From the NCBI GenBank assembly GCA_017561935.1, contig JAFZBE010000047.1, positions 19,680 through 83,679 of the forward strand: 64,000 nt of DNA, given 5' to 3'. Position numbers and translations under genes: made by a program. Of the stretch, positions 31,151 through 40,983 are shown piece after piece. How positions within the stretch are numbered: the first letter of the stretch is position 1; each line of letters begins with the position of its first letter. This DNA is from Bacteroidales bacterium (GTDB lineage Bacteria; Bacteroidota; Bacteroidia; Bacteroidales; UBA3663). The notes under the pieces are model-generated. The model did not search any database. It was not told the DNA's origin and saw nothing but the letters and a program-made list of their open reading frames with translations.

Positions 31151-32698
31151 ATGGCAAATCAGGAAGATGTTTTCAAGAAGCTGGTGTCCCACTGCAAGGA
31201 GTATGGCTTCGTTTTCCCTTCGAGTGAAATCTATGACGGACTGGGCGCAGTCTATGACTACGGACAGAACGGCGTCGAGCTCAAGAACAATATCAAGCGC
31301 TACTGGTGGGAGGCTATGACCAAGCTCCACGAGAACATCGTGGGCATCGATGCCGCCATCTTCATGCACCCAACAGTCTGGAAGGCTTCGGGACACGTCG
31401 ATGCATTCAATGACCCGCTCATCGACAACCGCGACTCCAAGAAGCGTTATCGTGCCGATGTGCTCATCGAGGAGCAGCTTGCCAAGATCGAGGACAAGAT
31501 CAACAAGGAGGTCGAGAAGGCTCGCAAGCGTTTTGGCGAGGCTTTCGACGAGGCTCAGTTCCGTGCCACCAATGGCCGTGTACTTGAAAATCAGGCCAAG
31601 TGGGATGCCCTGCATCAGCGCTATAGCGATGCCATGAACAAGATGGACCTCGAAGAACTGAAGCAGATCATCCTCGACGAGGAGATCGTCTGCCCCATCA
31701 GCGGCACCCGCAACTGGACCGACGTGCGTCAGTTCAACCTCATGTTCTCCACCGAGATGGGGTCGACAGCCGACGGTGCCATGAAAATTTATCTTCGCCC
31801 AGAGACCGCACAGGGTATCTTCGTCAACTATCTCAACGTACAGAAGTCTGGCCGCATGAAGCTGCCTTTCGGCATTGCCCAGATCGGTAAGGCTTTCCGC
31901 AACGAGATCGTAGCACGCCAGTTCATCTTCCGTATGCGCGAGTTCGAACAGATGGAGATGCAGTTCTTCATCAAGCCCGGTACCGAGCTTGATTGGTTTG
32001 CCAAGTGGAAGAAGACTCGTCTGGCCTGGCACAAGGCCCTCGGCTTCGGCGATGCCATGTATCGCTATCACGATCATGAGAAGCTGGCCCACTATGCCAA
32101 TGCTGCCACCGATATCGAGTTCAACATGCCATTCGGTTTCAAGGAGGTGGAGGGCATCCATTCCCGTACCAACTTCGACCTCTCGCAGCACGCCAAGTAC
32201 AGCGGCAAGAAGATTGAGTACTTCGACCCCGAGACCCGCGAGTCATTCGTTCCCTACGTCATCGAGACCTCTATCGGTGTCGATCGCATGTTCCTCAGCA
32301 TCATGGCCGGTGCATATCGTGAGGAGGAAGTCAATGGCGAGCGTCGCGTAGTTCTTGCATTGCCACCCGCTTTGGCTCCTGTCAAGGTGGCCATCCTGCC
32401 TCTCGTCAACAAGGACGGTCTGCCAGAGAAGGCCGAGGAGATCCTCCGCGAGCTTCGTTACGACTACACCTGCCAGATCGAAGTGAAGGATTCCATCGGC
32501 AAGCGCTATCGTCGTCAGGACGCCATAGGCACGCCCTATTGCGTCACCGTTGACGGACAGACACTCGAGGACAACACCGTTACCCTCCGTTTCCGCGACA
32601 CCATGGAGCAGGAGCGCGTAGCCATCGCCGACCTCCACAAGATCATCGGCGACTCGGTGAACATCTCCTCACTGCTTCGTAAGATTGAGAACGACTAA
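31151..32698 (+). CDS. glyQS: glycine--tRNA ligase (homodimeric class II type)
   Basis: FVFPSSEIYDGLGAVYDYGQNG, FRNEI..R.FIFRMREFEQMEMQFF, ETSIGVDR. Confidence 0.95.
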   Translation: MANQEDVFKKLVSHCKEYGFVFPSSEIYDGLGAVYDYGQNGVELKNNIKRYWWEAMTKLHENIVGIDAAIFMHPTVWKASGHVDAFNDPLIDNRDSKKRYRADVLIEEQLAKIEDKINKEVEKARKRFGEAFDEAQFRATNGRVLENQAKWDALHQRYSDAMNKMDLEELKQIILDEEIVCPISGTRNWTDVRQFNLMFSTEMGSTADGAMKIYLRPETAQGIFVNYLNVQKSGRMKLPFGIAQIGKAFRNEIVARQFIFRMREFEQMEMQFFIKPGTELDWFAKWKKTRLAWHKALGFGDAMYRYHDHEKLAHYANAATDIEFNMPFGFKEVEGIHSRTNFDLSQHAKYSGKKIEYFDPETRESFVPYVIETSIGVDRMFLSIMAGAYREEEVNGERRVVLALPPALAPVKVAILPLVNKDGLPEKAEEILRELRYDYTCQIEVKDSIGKRYRRQDAIGTPYCVTVDGQTLEDNTVTLRFRDTMEQERVAIADLHKIIGDSVNISSLLRKIEND

Positions 32699-32730
32699 AG
32701 TATTGTTAACTGTTAATTGTTAATTGTTAA

Positions 32731-33438
32731 TTGAAAAAGATACTATATTTTCTGCTCGCTGTGGTGGCGATGCCGCTGATGTTGGCCTGCAATGACGATG
32801 ACGATGTAGATTACACCGAGTATTACGGTTGGCGCGACGAGAACAACGCGGTTACCGAATTGTTCGCTTCGGCGCAAAGTAGTGACTCTGTGCTCACCTA
32901 CTTCAATCAATGCGTGCAGTCACTCAAGGAGCCGCAGTATTATCCCAGCTTCTATCACTACGTGCATCACGCCAACCTCGACAGTCTGCGCAACCTCAAT
33001 CCCCGCAAGGATTACCGTCCATACTCGACGAGCACGCTCAGCGTACACTATACGCTCTTCCAGACCGACTCGCTGTATGCTACGGTGAAGCGTCAGGGCG
33101 GTTGGTCGAAGGAGTATCTGCGTAATCCCGGTGGCATCCTCGACTCATTATTCTTCGCTGCTGCCGAAGACAGTCCGCTCAAGGCCGACACCATCGAGTC
33201 CTATCAGGTAATGTTCTACTCGGGCTTCACGCCAAACGCAGTCATCACCGGTTGGGGCGACATCTTGCAGCAGATGTATATCGGCGATCACGTCGTTTGC
33301 ATGATTCCCTGGTTTCTGGCTTACGGGCAAAGCGGCAGTGGTTCGTCCATCAATCCTTATTCTAATCTCTTCTTCCGCATCGAGCTTTGTGACATCACCT
33401 TATGGGGCGGCAACGTAGAGCCGAAGAAAACCGAATAA
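32731..33438 (+). CDS. lipoprotein with C-terminal FKBP-type PPIase-like domain
   Basis: TTG start and lipobox (LMLACNDD). The C-terminus GWGDILQQMYIGDHVVCMIPWFLAYGQSGSGSSINPYSNLFFRIELCDI follows the FKBP pattern. Confidence 0.5.
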   Translation: MKKILYFLLAVVAMPLMLACNDDDDVDYTEYYGWRDENNAVTELFASAQSSDSVLTYFNQCVQSLKEPQYYPSFYHYVHHANLDSLRNLNPRKDYRPYSTSTLSVHYTLFQTDSLYATVKRQGGWSKEYLRNPGGILDSLFFAAAEDSPLKADTIESYQVMFYSGFTPNAVITGWGDILQQMYIGDHVVCMIPWFLAYGQSGSGSSINPYSNLFFRIELCDITLWGGNVEPKKTE

Positions 33439-33443
33439 TCAAA

Positions 33444-35165
33444 ATGATGAAAAATCTCATAAAGATAATCTCTCTGACGGCATGGACATTGTTCTGTGCC
33501 GTTAGTGTTTCTGCCCAACCGTCGGCTGGACAAGAAACACAGCTGGGCGACAACTGCACCAGCATCCTCGTCGGTCGAAAGGCCTCCATCGATGGCTCGG
33601 TCATTACTAGCCACAATTGCGACTCATGGTACCGCACCTGGATGCGTTGGGCGCCTGCTGCCGACTTCGAACGCGACACCGTGATGGATATTTACGAGGG
33701 CCGAATGCACACCGAATATCCCGATTCGAAGGACGGTGTCAAGGTCAAGGGACAGATCCCGCAACCTGCCGGACACACCTATCGTTATCTCGATACGGCT
33801 TATCCTTGTCTCAACGAACATCAGCTCGGCATCGGAGAGACCACTTTCACAGGCCGTGACACGCTCGAAAACAAGGAAGGCATGTTCATGATCGAAGAGC
33901 TCTGCCGTGTGGCTCTACAACGCTGCACCAAGGCACGCGAGGCCATTCTCCTTATTGGCCAACTTATCCACGAGTACGGCTATGGCGACTCGGGCGAATG
34001 TCTGACCATTGCCGATACCGACGAGGCATGGATCTTCGAGGCATTGGGCGAAGGCCCCGACCAAGTGGGTGGTGTATGGGCAGCCCAGCGCATTCCCGAT
34101 GACGAGGTTTGCGTCTCGGCCAACATCAGCCGAATCGGTTCGCTCAGCACGCTCACTCCTCCCGCCAAGCCCGCCAAGGCAAAGAAGGGTAAGAAGCCTG
34201 CCTACGCGCCCCTCGTCTCCGATACGCAGATGGCTTCGCAGAACGTCTTCGAAGTGGCCCGCAAGCTCGGGTTCTGGGACGGCACCAGCGAATTCTCCTT
34301 CTGGCGCGCCTACAGCGGTGTCAACTACTTCGACGAGCCCAAGAACTATTCCACACGCGAACTCTACATCATGCAGCAACTGGCTCCGTCGATGGGTTTC
34401 AACGACACGATGGACGAACTGCCTGTCAGCTTCCGTCCCGACTCGCTCGTCTCCTGTCGCAAGGTCATCAACCTGATTGGCACATGGTATGAAGGCGATT
34501 CCATCCTCGACCTCACCCAGAAGATGCGCATACCCAAGGCAAGCCGCGACCTGGCCGGCAAGAAGCCGTGGGCAAGCGAGGACAGCATCATCTCGTCCAT
34601 CGCCAATCCGTGGATGAACAGCCGCCTCATCAATACGCTCTATGCCTTGACAGGCGACAACGATTGGCATTGGGTACGCACCGTGGCTGTGCCCCAATGC
34701 GCCTACTCGACCGTTATCCAGCTGCGTGGATGGCTTCCCGATGCCGTGGGCGGCATCTGCTGGATGTCGCTCGACAATCCCGGCCAGTCGCCACGCTTCC
34801 CCATCTTCTGCGGCACCACCATACTGCCCAAGATGCTGCAGGTTTGCGGTCAGCACCGCTATCGCGACGACGCGCTCGTCTGGCATTATCGTCAGGCCAA
34901 CAAGCTTGCCACCGTTCGTTGGGGCGACTGCCGCAAGGACCTCGAATCGGCACGCAATTACTTCCTCGACAAGGCAGAGCGCGAACTACCCTTCGTCGAA
35001 CAGCAATACATGGGCATCCTGCGCTCCACCACCACTTCCGACGACCCTGATCAAGCGGCCATCGACTTCCTCAACGGCTACACCTCCGATTTCATCGGTG
35101 CCACCGTCCTTCGTTGGGATGAGCTCTATCGCCAATACTGGCGCATGTTCTGGAGCGGTTTCTAA
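33444..35165 (+). CDS. C69-family dipeptidase
   Basis: Signal peptide followed by CTSILVGRKASIDGSVITSHNCD (N-terminal nucleophile Cys context). Start at ATG 33444. Confidence 0.85.
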   Translation: MMKNLIKIISLTAWTLFCAVSVSAQPSAGQETQLGDNCTSILVGRKASIDGSVITSHNCDSWYRTWMRWAPAADFERDTVMDIYEGRMHTEYPDSKDGVKVKGQIPQPAGHTYRYLDTAYPCLNEHQLGIGETTFTGRDTLENKEGMFMIEELCRVALQRCTKAREAILLIGQLIHEYGYGDSGECLTIADTDEAWIFEALGEGPDQVGGVWAAQRIPDDEVCVSANISRIGSLSTLTPPAKPAKAKKGKKPAYAPLVSDTQMASQNVFEVARKLGFWDGTSEFSFWRAYSGVNYFDEPKNYSTRELYIMQQLAPSMGFNDTMDELPVSFRPDSLVSCRKVINLIGTWYEGDSILDLTQKMRIPKASRDLAGKKPWASEDSIISSIANPWMNSRLINTLYALTGDNDWHWVRTVAVPQCAYSTVIQLRGWLPDAVGGICWMSLDNPGQSPRFPIFCGTTILPKMLQVCGQHRYRDDALVWHYRQANKLATVRWGDCRKDLESARNYFLDKAERELPFVEQQYMGILRSTTTSDDPDQAAIDFLNGYTSDFIGATVLRWDELYRQYWRMFWSGF

Positions 35166-35280
35166 GCTTGCACATACATTTTTAGTAAATATATGCAAAA
35201 ATATTTGGTTGAACAAATAATTGTCTTTATCTTTGCTGCGTGAACTAACATTATCACGTAATCCATAAAACTTAACTGCT

Positions 35281-35454
35281 ATGAAAGAACAAGTATTAAA
35301 GGCAATGCGTGAGGCTGGAAAACCAGTCTCTGCAGGTGATGTGACCAAGGCACTGGGTGCCGATCGTAAGGAAGTTGACAAGGCTTTTGCCGAACTGAAG
35401 AAGGAGGGAGCCATCGTATCGCCCGTCCGCTGCAAATGGGAACCCGCCAAATAA
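35281..35454 (+). CDS. small (57 aa) winged-helix-like protein, below the ORF-track length cut-off
   Basis: My own translation: MKEQVLKAMREAGKPVSAGDVTKALGADRKEVDKAFAELKKEGAIVSPVRCKWEPAK. It has an ATG start, a TAA stop and coding-like composition. Confidence 0.5.
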   Translation: MKEQVLKAMREAGKPVSAGDVTKALGADRKEVDKAFAELKKEGAIVSPVRCKWEPAK

Positions 35455-35459
35455 CTGTT

Positions 35460-36617
35460 ATGAGGATCCGTTATTCTTTGGCGTTGCTGTTTGTCCTGTT
35501 GCTCTCCTCGTGCATCAAGGACGAACTGCCCAACGCAGAATGTGACATCTTAAGCGCATGGGTGGAGGGCGACCAATATGCCGATATCTTCTACAATAAG
35601 TCACAGATGCGCCTGGAAAACATCTCGACATCAGAAAAGGAGATCGTTTTCACTGTACGTTCGCTTATCTCGATGCCAAAGAAGTTGCCAGTGCATTTCA
35701 ACATCACCCCAGGTGCTACCATCGAACCGGCCAACGGCTCGGAACAGGACTTCTCGAAAGGTCCCGTGACATATATAGTGACATCTGAGGATGGCGAATG
35801 GAAACGCCAATACGCTGTGGCCTTCAAGGAGCTCAACCTCCCCACCTACAAGTTCAGCTTCGAAAACTACGAGACCGTAGAACTTTACGGCAACTACTAT
35901 CACGAGTTCTACGAAGTCGATCAGTCGGGCACTCACCACAACATCTGGGCTTCAGGCAATTCGGGTGCCGTCCTGGTCAAGACTGACTCGAAACCAGAGG
36001 ATCAACCAACCTATTCCACTCCGAACGGGTATGCCGGACGCGGAGTCTGCCTCAATACGCAGGATGCAGGCTCACTGGGTCACCTATTCGGCAAACCCAT
36101 TGCAGCAGGCAATCTCTTCATGGGCAGATTCATCCTCGAAAATGTGCTCATCGATGCGTTGAAGGCTACCGAGTTCGGTCGTCCCATCGACCGTGTTCCC
36201 GTGCGTGTAACGGGTTTTTACAAATACCATCCGGGCGACGTCTTCACCGACAAGGACATGAATGAAATACCCTCTCGAACTGACGAGGCAAGCATCTACG
36301 CCGTATTCTATCGCAACAAGGATAGCGAAGGCAAGGATGTGTACCTGTATGGCAACGATGTGCTCTCGAGCCCTTACATCGTAAAGAAGGCACAAGTGGC
36401 ATCGCTGCCACCCACCGACGAATGGACACGCTTCGAGATGTTCTTTGAAGGCGACGAGGCTGACACCAGGATCTTGACCTCACAGGGTTACAACATGACA
36501 CTCGTGTTCTCGTCGAGCAAGGAAGGGGCTTCGTTCGAAGGAGCTATCGGAAGCGTTCTTTACGTGGACGAGGTAGAGGTATCATTTGAAGAACTCGAAA
36601 CAACTGACGCTTCATGA
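35460..36617 (+). CDS. lipoprotein, PCMD-like (putative carbohydrate-metabolism domain; recollection only)
   Basis: MRIRYSLALLFVLLLSSC lipobox. GYAGRGVCLNTQDAGSLGHLFGKPIAAGNLFMGRF resembles PCMD-family proteins. Confidence 0.45.
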   Translation: MRIRYSLALLFVLLLSSCIKDELPNAECDILSAWVEGDQYADIFYNKSQMRLENISTSEKEIVFTVRSLISMPKKLPVHFNITPGATIEPANGSEQDFSKGPVTYIVTSEDGEWKRQYAVAFKELNLPTYKFSFENYETVELYGNYYHEFYEVDQSGTHHNIWASGNSGAVLVKTDSKPEDQPTYSTPNGYAGRGVCLNTQDAGSLGHLFGKPIAAGNLFMGRFILENVLIDALKATEFGRPIDRVPVRVTGFYKYHPGDVFTDKDMNEIPSRTDEASIYAVFYRNKDSEGKDVYLYGNDVLSSPYIVKKAQVASLPPTDEWTRFEMFFEGDEADTRILTSQGYNMTLVFSSSKEGASFEGAIGSVLYVDEVEVSFEELETTDAS

Positions 36618-37369
36618 AAAGGATTATCATCATCAGTCTGGCATTTTTCTTGTCATTGTTATTGGCGGGCAGTACCTTCGGTCAAGATAAGAATAAGATG
36701 TTTCATGTAACCGTTCGCGCCGGCTACAATATCGGTGGTACGGCACCTCTCGGTGTCCCTGCCACCATACGCAGTATCGATTCCTTCACCCCCACAACAT
36801 CCGTGATGGGAGGCATCGACTTTCAGCTGACTCCTGGCAGATGGGGAATATTGGCAGGTGTGCACTACGAGAACAAAGCCATGGACACCAAGGTGACCAC
36901 CAAGGGTTATCGCATGGAGCTGGTGAAAGGTGACAGTCGGATGGAAGGTCTCTTCACTGGTCACGTCAAGCAGGAGGTTACACAATGGATGCTCACCATC
37001 CCTGTCATGCTTACATGCCGCCTTGGCAGTAGAGTCACATGGAAAGTCGGCCCGTACATTTCTATACTGACCGACAAGGATTTCAGCGGTATTGCCTCCG
37101 ACGGTTACTTGCGACAGGGCGACCCAACAGGTCCTCGCATCAACATGGGAGCCAAAGAGGGTGAATGGGCCACCTATGACTTCAGCGACGAGATGGAAGA
37201 TCGCCAATATGGAGTTGCCATGGGCTTCGACTGGCGGCTCTCGCAGCATGTGGGTATCATGACCGATATCAACTGGGGTCTGACGGGCGTCTTCGACAGC
37301 GACTTCAAGACTGTTGAGCAGACGCTCTATCCCATCTACGCTACCATTGGTCTGTATTTGGCCTTCTAA
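36614..37369 (+). CDS. outer-membrane beta-barrel protein
   Basis: Signal peptide, alternating beta-strand pattern, terminal ..IGLYLAF. 4-nt overlap with the upstream gene. Confidence 0.6.
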   Translation: MKRIIIISLAFFLSLLLAGSTFGQDKNKMFHVTVRAGYNIGGTAPLGVPATIRSIDSFTPTTSVMGGIDFQLTPGRWGILAGVHYENKAMDTKVTTKGYRMELVKGDSRMEGLFTGHVKQEVTQWMLTIPVMLTCRLGSRVTWKVGPYISILTDKDFSGIASDGYLRQGDPTGPRINMGAKEGEWATYDFSDEMEDRQYGVAMGFDWRLSQHVGIMTDINWGLTGVFDSDFKTVEQTLYPIYATIGLYLAF

Positions 37370-37390
37370 TCAGCCGACATGTATAAACAA

Positions 37391-37435
37391 TCAGCGGGCT
37401 ACTGAAATCAAATCGGTAACCCGCTGATGTTTTTG
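37391..37435. terminator. stem-loop terminator between convergent genes
   Basis: tcagcggg...cccgctga stem followed by gttttt. Confidence 0.6.
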
Positions 37436-37443
37436 ATGCATGC

Positions 37444-37875
37444 TCAGTCATCCACGATGCCATAGCGTTGCTTCCAGTCGATGTAGTACTGTGGCTCCTC
37501 TAGCATCAGCTCCTGCTTTTGGTCGATGAAGAGCTGGATGGTGGTGGCTCGGCAACAGAGCGCATCGTCGCTCTCACGACGTATCTCGTAGCGATAGTCC
37601 AGTCGTGCACCACGCTTGGGAACGTAGGTGGTGCGTATCACAGCCACGTCGTTGAGCTCCAAGGGGCCATAGTACTTCACGTGCACATCGACAATGGGAG
37701 CCAGTATGCCTGCAGCCACCATGTCGGCATAGCCGATGCCCGGAAAGTGACGTCCGAACGACTCGCGGCCATCCTCCATATACTTGATGTAGGAGCCGTG
37801 CCAGGCACGTCCCATGGCATCAATCTCACTGAACTTGACGGGAATCCTTGTAATGTCTTCCAGTTTCATGTCCAT
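37444..37875 (-). CDS. 4HBT/YbgC-type acyl-CoA (acyl-ACP) thioesterase
   Basis: IPVKFSEIDAMGRAWHGSYIKYMEDGRESF is a hotdog thioesterase motif. Confidence 0.75.
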   Translation of the reverse strand: MDMKLEDITRIPVKFSEIDAMGRAWHGSYIKYMEDGRESFGRHFPGIGYADMVAAGILAPIVDVHVKYYGPLELNDVAVIRTTYVPKRGARLDYRYEIRRESDDALCCRATTIQLFIDQKQELMLEEPQYYIDWKQRYGIVDD

Positions 37876-37878
37876 TGT

Positions 37879-38529
37879 TTATTTCACATCGAACACGGAA
37901 TCGTTGACGGGCACATCCATCTTGTAATTCGAGAACTCATACAGCTCATAGTTGCCCGACTTGCCATTGAGGCGCACGCTACGCAACTCGCCAGCCTTCG
38001 TGTCGATCACGATGACAAACGATTGATAGACGAGCTTGCGACGCTCGGCTGCATTGGCGGTGATGGGGGTGATGGTCATCGTCATGCTGGTGGCATCGCG
38101 CTCCATATCCACGTCGGCCACATCGCTGAGGTCGGTATCGGCATTGCCACTGGTGATGTTCTTGATGGCAGTGGTGAGAGGACCCAAAGATGATGAGCTG
38201 CTGCCCGAAGCCGTCGAGGCCTTGCCGTCCTGCACGATGGTGAACTTCTCACCGTCGGTCACAAGTTTATCCTTGCCGCTATTGGTCGAAACGCACATCT
38301 TCGCAGGCTTCTTGAAGTAGAACGTACCCGTCGAAACCTGGTCTTTGGTAACCATCGTGTTATGGGTGGTCTTCTTGACCGAAGCGGTCATCGAACTGAT
38401 TTTCTGATAACCTTCCATGGCTTGCTTCATCACATCCTGATCCTGTGCCTGGATGGTAGAAACCGAAGTAGAGAGGGCTGCAATCGAGGCCACGAGGGCC
38501 ACTGCTATTATTCTGACAATTTTTTTCAT
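37879..38529 (-). CDS. LolA-like lipoprotein-carrier-fold protein
   Basis: Signal peptide. SSMTASVKKTTHNTMVTKDQVSTGTFYFKKPAKMCV matches the LolA-family pattern. Confidence 0.65.
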   Translation of the reverse strand: MKKIVRIIAVALVASIAALSTSVSTIQAQDQDVMKQAMEGYQKISSMTASVKKTTHNTMVTKDQVSTGTFYFKKPAKMCVSTNSGKDKLVTDGEKFTIVQDGKASTASGSSSSSLGPLTTAIKNITSGNADTDLSDVADVDMERDATSMTMTITPITANAAERRKLVYQSFVIVIDTKAGELRSVRLNGKSGNYELYEFSNYKMDVPVNDSVFDVK

Positions 38530-38549
38530 ATTATTTTGATTAAATAATC

Positions 38550-39278
38550 TTAGGTATATAGTCCACCATTGATGCTGATCACGTTACCGGTGATGTATCC
38601 GGCCTGAGGAGAAGCAAGGAAGGCAACGAGTTCCGCCACTTCCTCGGGCTGTCCGAAACGGTTAGCGGGGATGGTCTTCTTCAAAGCTGCCTCGTCGAGG
38701 CCCTCCACCATATCGGTCTTGATGAAGCCTGGAGCCACAGCATTGACGGTGATGTTCTTGCGGGCCACTTCCTTGGCAAGAGCCTTGGTGGCAGCCACCA
38801 GTCCGCCCTTGGCCGCACTGTAGTTGGTCTGTCCCTGCATGCCCATGATACCGCTTACGCTGGCCATGTTGATGATGCGACCGAACTTGTGGAACTGCAT
38901 CTGCGGGATGAGTGGAGCTGTGACGTTATAGAAGCCGCCGAGAGTGACGTTGATGACGCTGTACCAGTCTTCGGCGGGCATGAGGGCCATCAGGTTGTCA
39001 CGACGGATGCCGGCATTGTTGACAACCACCTCGATGTATTCATCCTCGTGGGCCTTCTGCCAATTCTCGAGCGCAGTCTTGACTTGCTCGGCTTCGCCGA
39101 CATTAAATTGCAGCATCTCGCCATCGCTGCCTGCTTCGCGAACCAGTCGCAGTGTCTCCTCAGCTGCATCGGTACGGCTCACATAATTGATGATGATATG
39201 GTAGCCCATTTGTGCCAGTTTGACACTCACCGCACGGCCGATGCCGCGACTACCTCCAGTTACTAAAGCGTATTTCAT
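38550..39278 (-). CDS. 3-oxoacyl-ACP reductase (FabG-like ketoreductase)
   Basis: MKYALVTGGSRGIGRAV, NNAG, YSAAKGG. Start at MKYAL (39278). Confidence 0.85.
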   Translation of the reverse strand: MKYALVTGGSRGIGRAVSVKLAQMGYHIIINYVSRTDAAEETLRLVREAGSDGEMLQFNVGEAEQVKTALENWQKAHEDEYIEVVVNNAGIRRDNLMALMPAEDWYSVINVTLGGFYNVTAPLIPQMQFHKFGRIINMASVSGIMGMQGQTNYSAAKGGLVAATKALAKEVARKNITVNAVAPGFIKTDMVEGLDEAALKKTIPANRFGQPEEVAELVAFLASPQAGYITGNVISINGGLYT

Positions 39279-39384
39279 AATTATCAAATAACAATTTACA
39301 AATAACAATTGTCTGCGGATACCATTTCTTTGACCATAGAACGCCCCAATGGTTTAACTAGCCCCTCTCGCTTCGTCCCCCATC

Positions 39385-39474
39385 GGCAGCCAAGCTTGGC
39401 TGCCTCTCAAACCCCTCAAACTTCTCATACCTCTCAAACCGTCCTCCCCCTAAGCAGGGGGACCAAGGGGGTCC
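39385..39474. repeat. GC-rich palindromic intergenic element inside the lipid operon
   Basis: Perfect 20-bp palindrome GGCAGCCAAGCTTGGCTGCC (39385-39404). Three CTCAAAC-type repeats. Hairpin CCCCCTAAGCAGGGGG (39446-39461). The 21-mer ccccctgcttagggggaggac (reverse complement) recurs at 59996-60016. Confidence 0.7.
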
Positions 39475-40953
39475 CTACCTCGTTTGCGTTATCTCCCAAG
39501 CGGCCTGTTTGCCGATGATCTCGGCCACGGTGAACAACGATGTCATCGTAACACCGAGCAATCCGTGCAAGGTCAAGCTCTGGCCGGTAAGGAGGAGGTT
39601 GGGGATGGGTGTCTTGGCCGACAGCAAGGTCATCATCGGGTTGTGATAATCCTTGCGCACGCCATAACACGAACCATTGGGTGTAAGTGTATAGTCACGA
39701 TAGGTCAAAGGCGTGGAACTGTAATGTGCTTCAACCATATTGTGCAGCCCGGGGATGAACCGCTCGGCCAAGGCGACACATTCGTTATAGAGGCGTTCCT
39801 TCATTGCCTTATACTCATCACCACGACGTCCGACGGTGGTATTCTCCCATTGCGAAATCTTCTCCCACGGCAACGGAGTGAGGATGTCGAGGATGCGTGC
39901 ATCGTCGCCTTCGATGGGACAACGACACGATACCAGGCATCCTTTCACGGGGCCATCTTCGTTGAAGTAGGTCCACACATTGGGTTTCATGTAGATGTAC
40001 TGGTTCCAGTTGAAGTATTTCAGCGTCCCCGGCTTCATAATTAGCGAAGTTGTGAACATGCCGTAGGTGTTCTCGAGCCGTAGGATTCGGTTTCGATAGA
40101 CCTTCTTCATCTTCGTCGATTCCTTCACCAGGCCCACCGTGACGGCAGGATGCGCATTGCTGATGAACCACGCGCCCTCATACACCTCGCCGTTCTTGCA
40201 ACGGGCTGCTACAAGGCGACCATCCTTCTCTACGAGTTCTTCGACTTCGGAGTTGCAGATAATCTCGCCTCCCAACGTCTTGATCTGGTCCATCAATCGG
40301 TTGACGATAAGGTTGCCATCGCCGCGCAGACGATACGAGCCCTGGATGAACGAATTGTTGCCCTGTGCGAAATTATAGAGGGGTAGGGTATCCTTGGCGA
40401 GCTCCATCTTGAGCGACGAACCGCTCAGCACATTGATAAGAAGCTCGTCTTTGAACGTCTCATGCAGAAAGTCGTAGGTGCTTGAGGCAAAGAGCGACTG
40501 GGTGAAGAAGTCCACTTCGTCGCGCGGCAGGATGGCATCGTAGAGGTGATCGCATACCTCGTTCATGATGTTGCAGTACTTCTCCAGGCCCTTGCGTTCC
40601 TTGGGGAAGTCCTGCGAAAGGGTTTCGACGAAAGCTTCGGCACCCTCGGCATATTTAAATGTGCGGTCACCGATGGTCACACGGTCGAAGCCTGTAGGGT
40701 CGAGATGCTGCCACGGCAGGTCCATCAGTCCCAAATACTTGAACGGTGCATACAGGCAGCCGCCCTCACCGATACCGCCCACATAATGCATACCGGTATC
40801 GAGCAGCTCGCCATGGCGACGGAAGCTCTGCATGCAGCCACCCGGCTGCTGCTGGCGCTCCAGGATCACCACCTTCATACCCCGTCTGGCTAGGATCAAT
40901 CCGCATTGGAGTCCTCCTAGACCAGAGCCAACTATAACGACATCATATTTCAT
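39475..40953 (-). CDS. CrtI/phytoene-desaturase-family FAD-dependent oxidoreductase
   Basis: MKYDVVIVGSGLGGLQCGLILARRGMKVVILE (GxGxxG, beta-alpha-beta fold), 492 aa. Confidence 0.8.
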   Translation of the reverse strand: MKYDVVIVGSGLGGLQCGLILARRGMKVVILERQQQPGGCMQSFRRHGELLDTGMHYVGGIGEGGCLYAPFKYLGLMDLPWQHLDPTGFDRVTIGDRTFKYAEGAEAFVETLSQDFPKERKGLEKYCNIMNEVCDHLYDAILPRDEVDFFTQSLFASSTYDFLHETFKDELLINVLSGSSLKMELAKDTLPLYNFAQGNNSFIQGSYRLRGDGNLIVNRLMDQIKTLGGEIICNSEVEELVEKDGRLVAARCKNGEVYEGAWFISNAHPAVTVGLVKESTKMKKVYRNRILRLENTYGMFTTSLIMKPGTLKYFNWNQYIYMKPNVWTYFNEDGPVKGCLVSCRCPIEGDDARILDILTPLPWEKISQWENTTVGRRGDEYKAMKERLYNECVALAERFIPGLHNMVEAHYSSTPLTYRDYTLTPNGSCYGVRKDYHNPMMTLLSAKTPIPNLLLTGQSLTLHGLLGVTMTSLFTVAEIIGKQAAWEITQTR

Positions 40954-40983
40954 ATTCTTATCCTTGCAACTCCCTCAAACTTT

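Noticed and set aside
31136-32191. 351-aa minus-strand ORF
   Set aside because: It is antisense to glyQS, which is unambiguous. The product has no motifs and a shadow-like composition.
33915-34886. 323-aa minus-strand ORF
   Set aside because: It is antisense to the C69 dipeptidase gene. Its Ala/Gly/Arg-rich product is typical of reverse frames.
39309-39518. 69-aa plus-strand ORF in the fabG-like/crtI-like gap
   Set aside because: It spans palindromes and CTCAAAC repeats and runs against the operon direction, with a Pro/Ser/Thr-rich low-complexity product.
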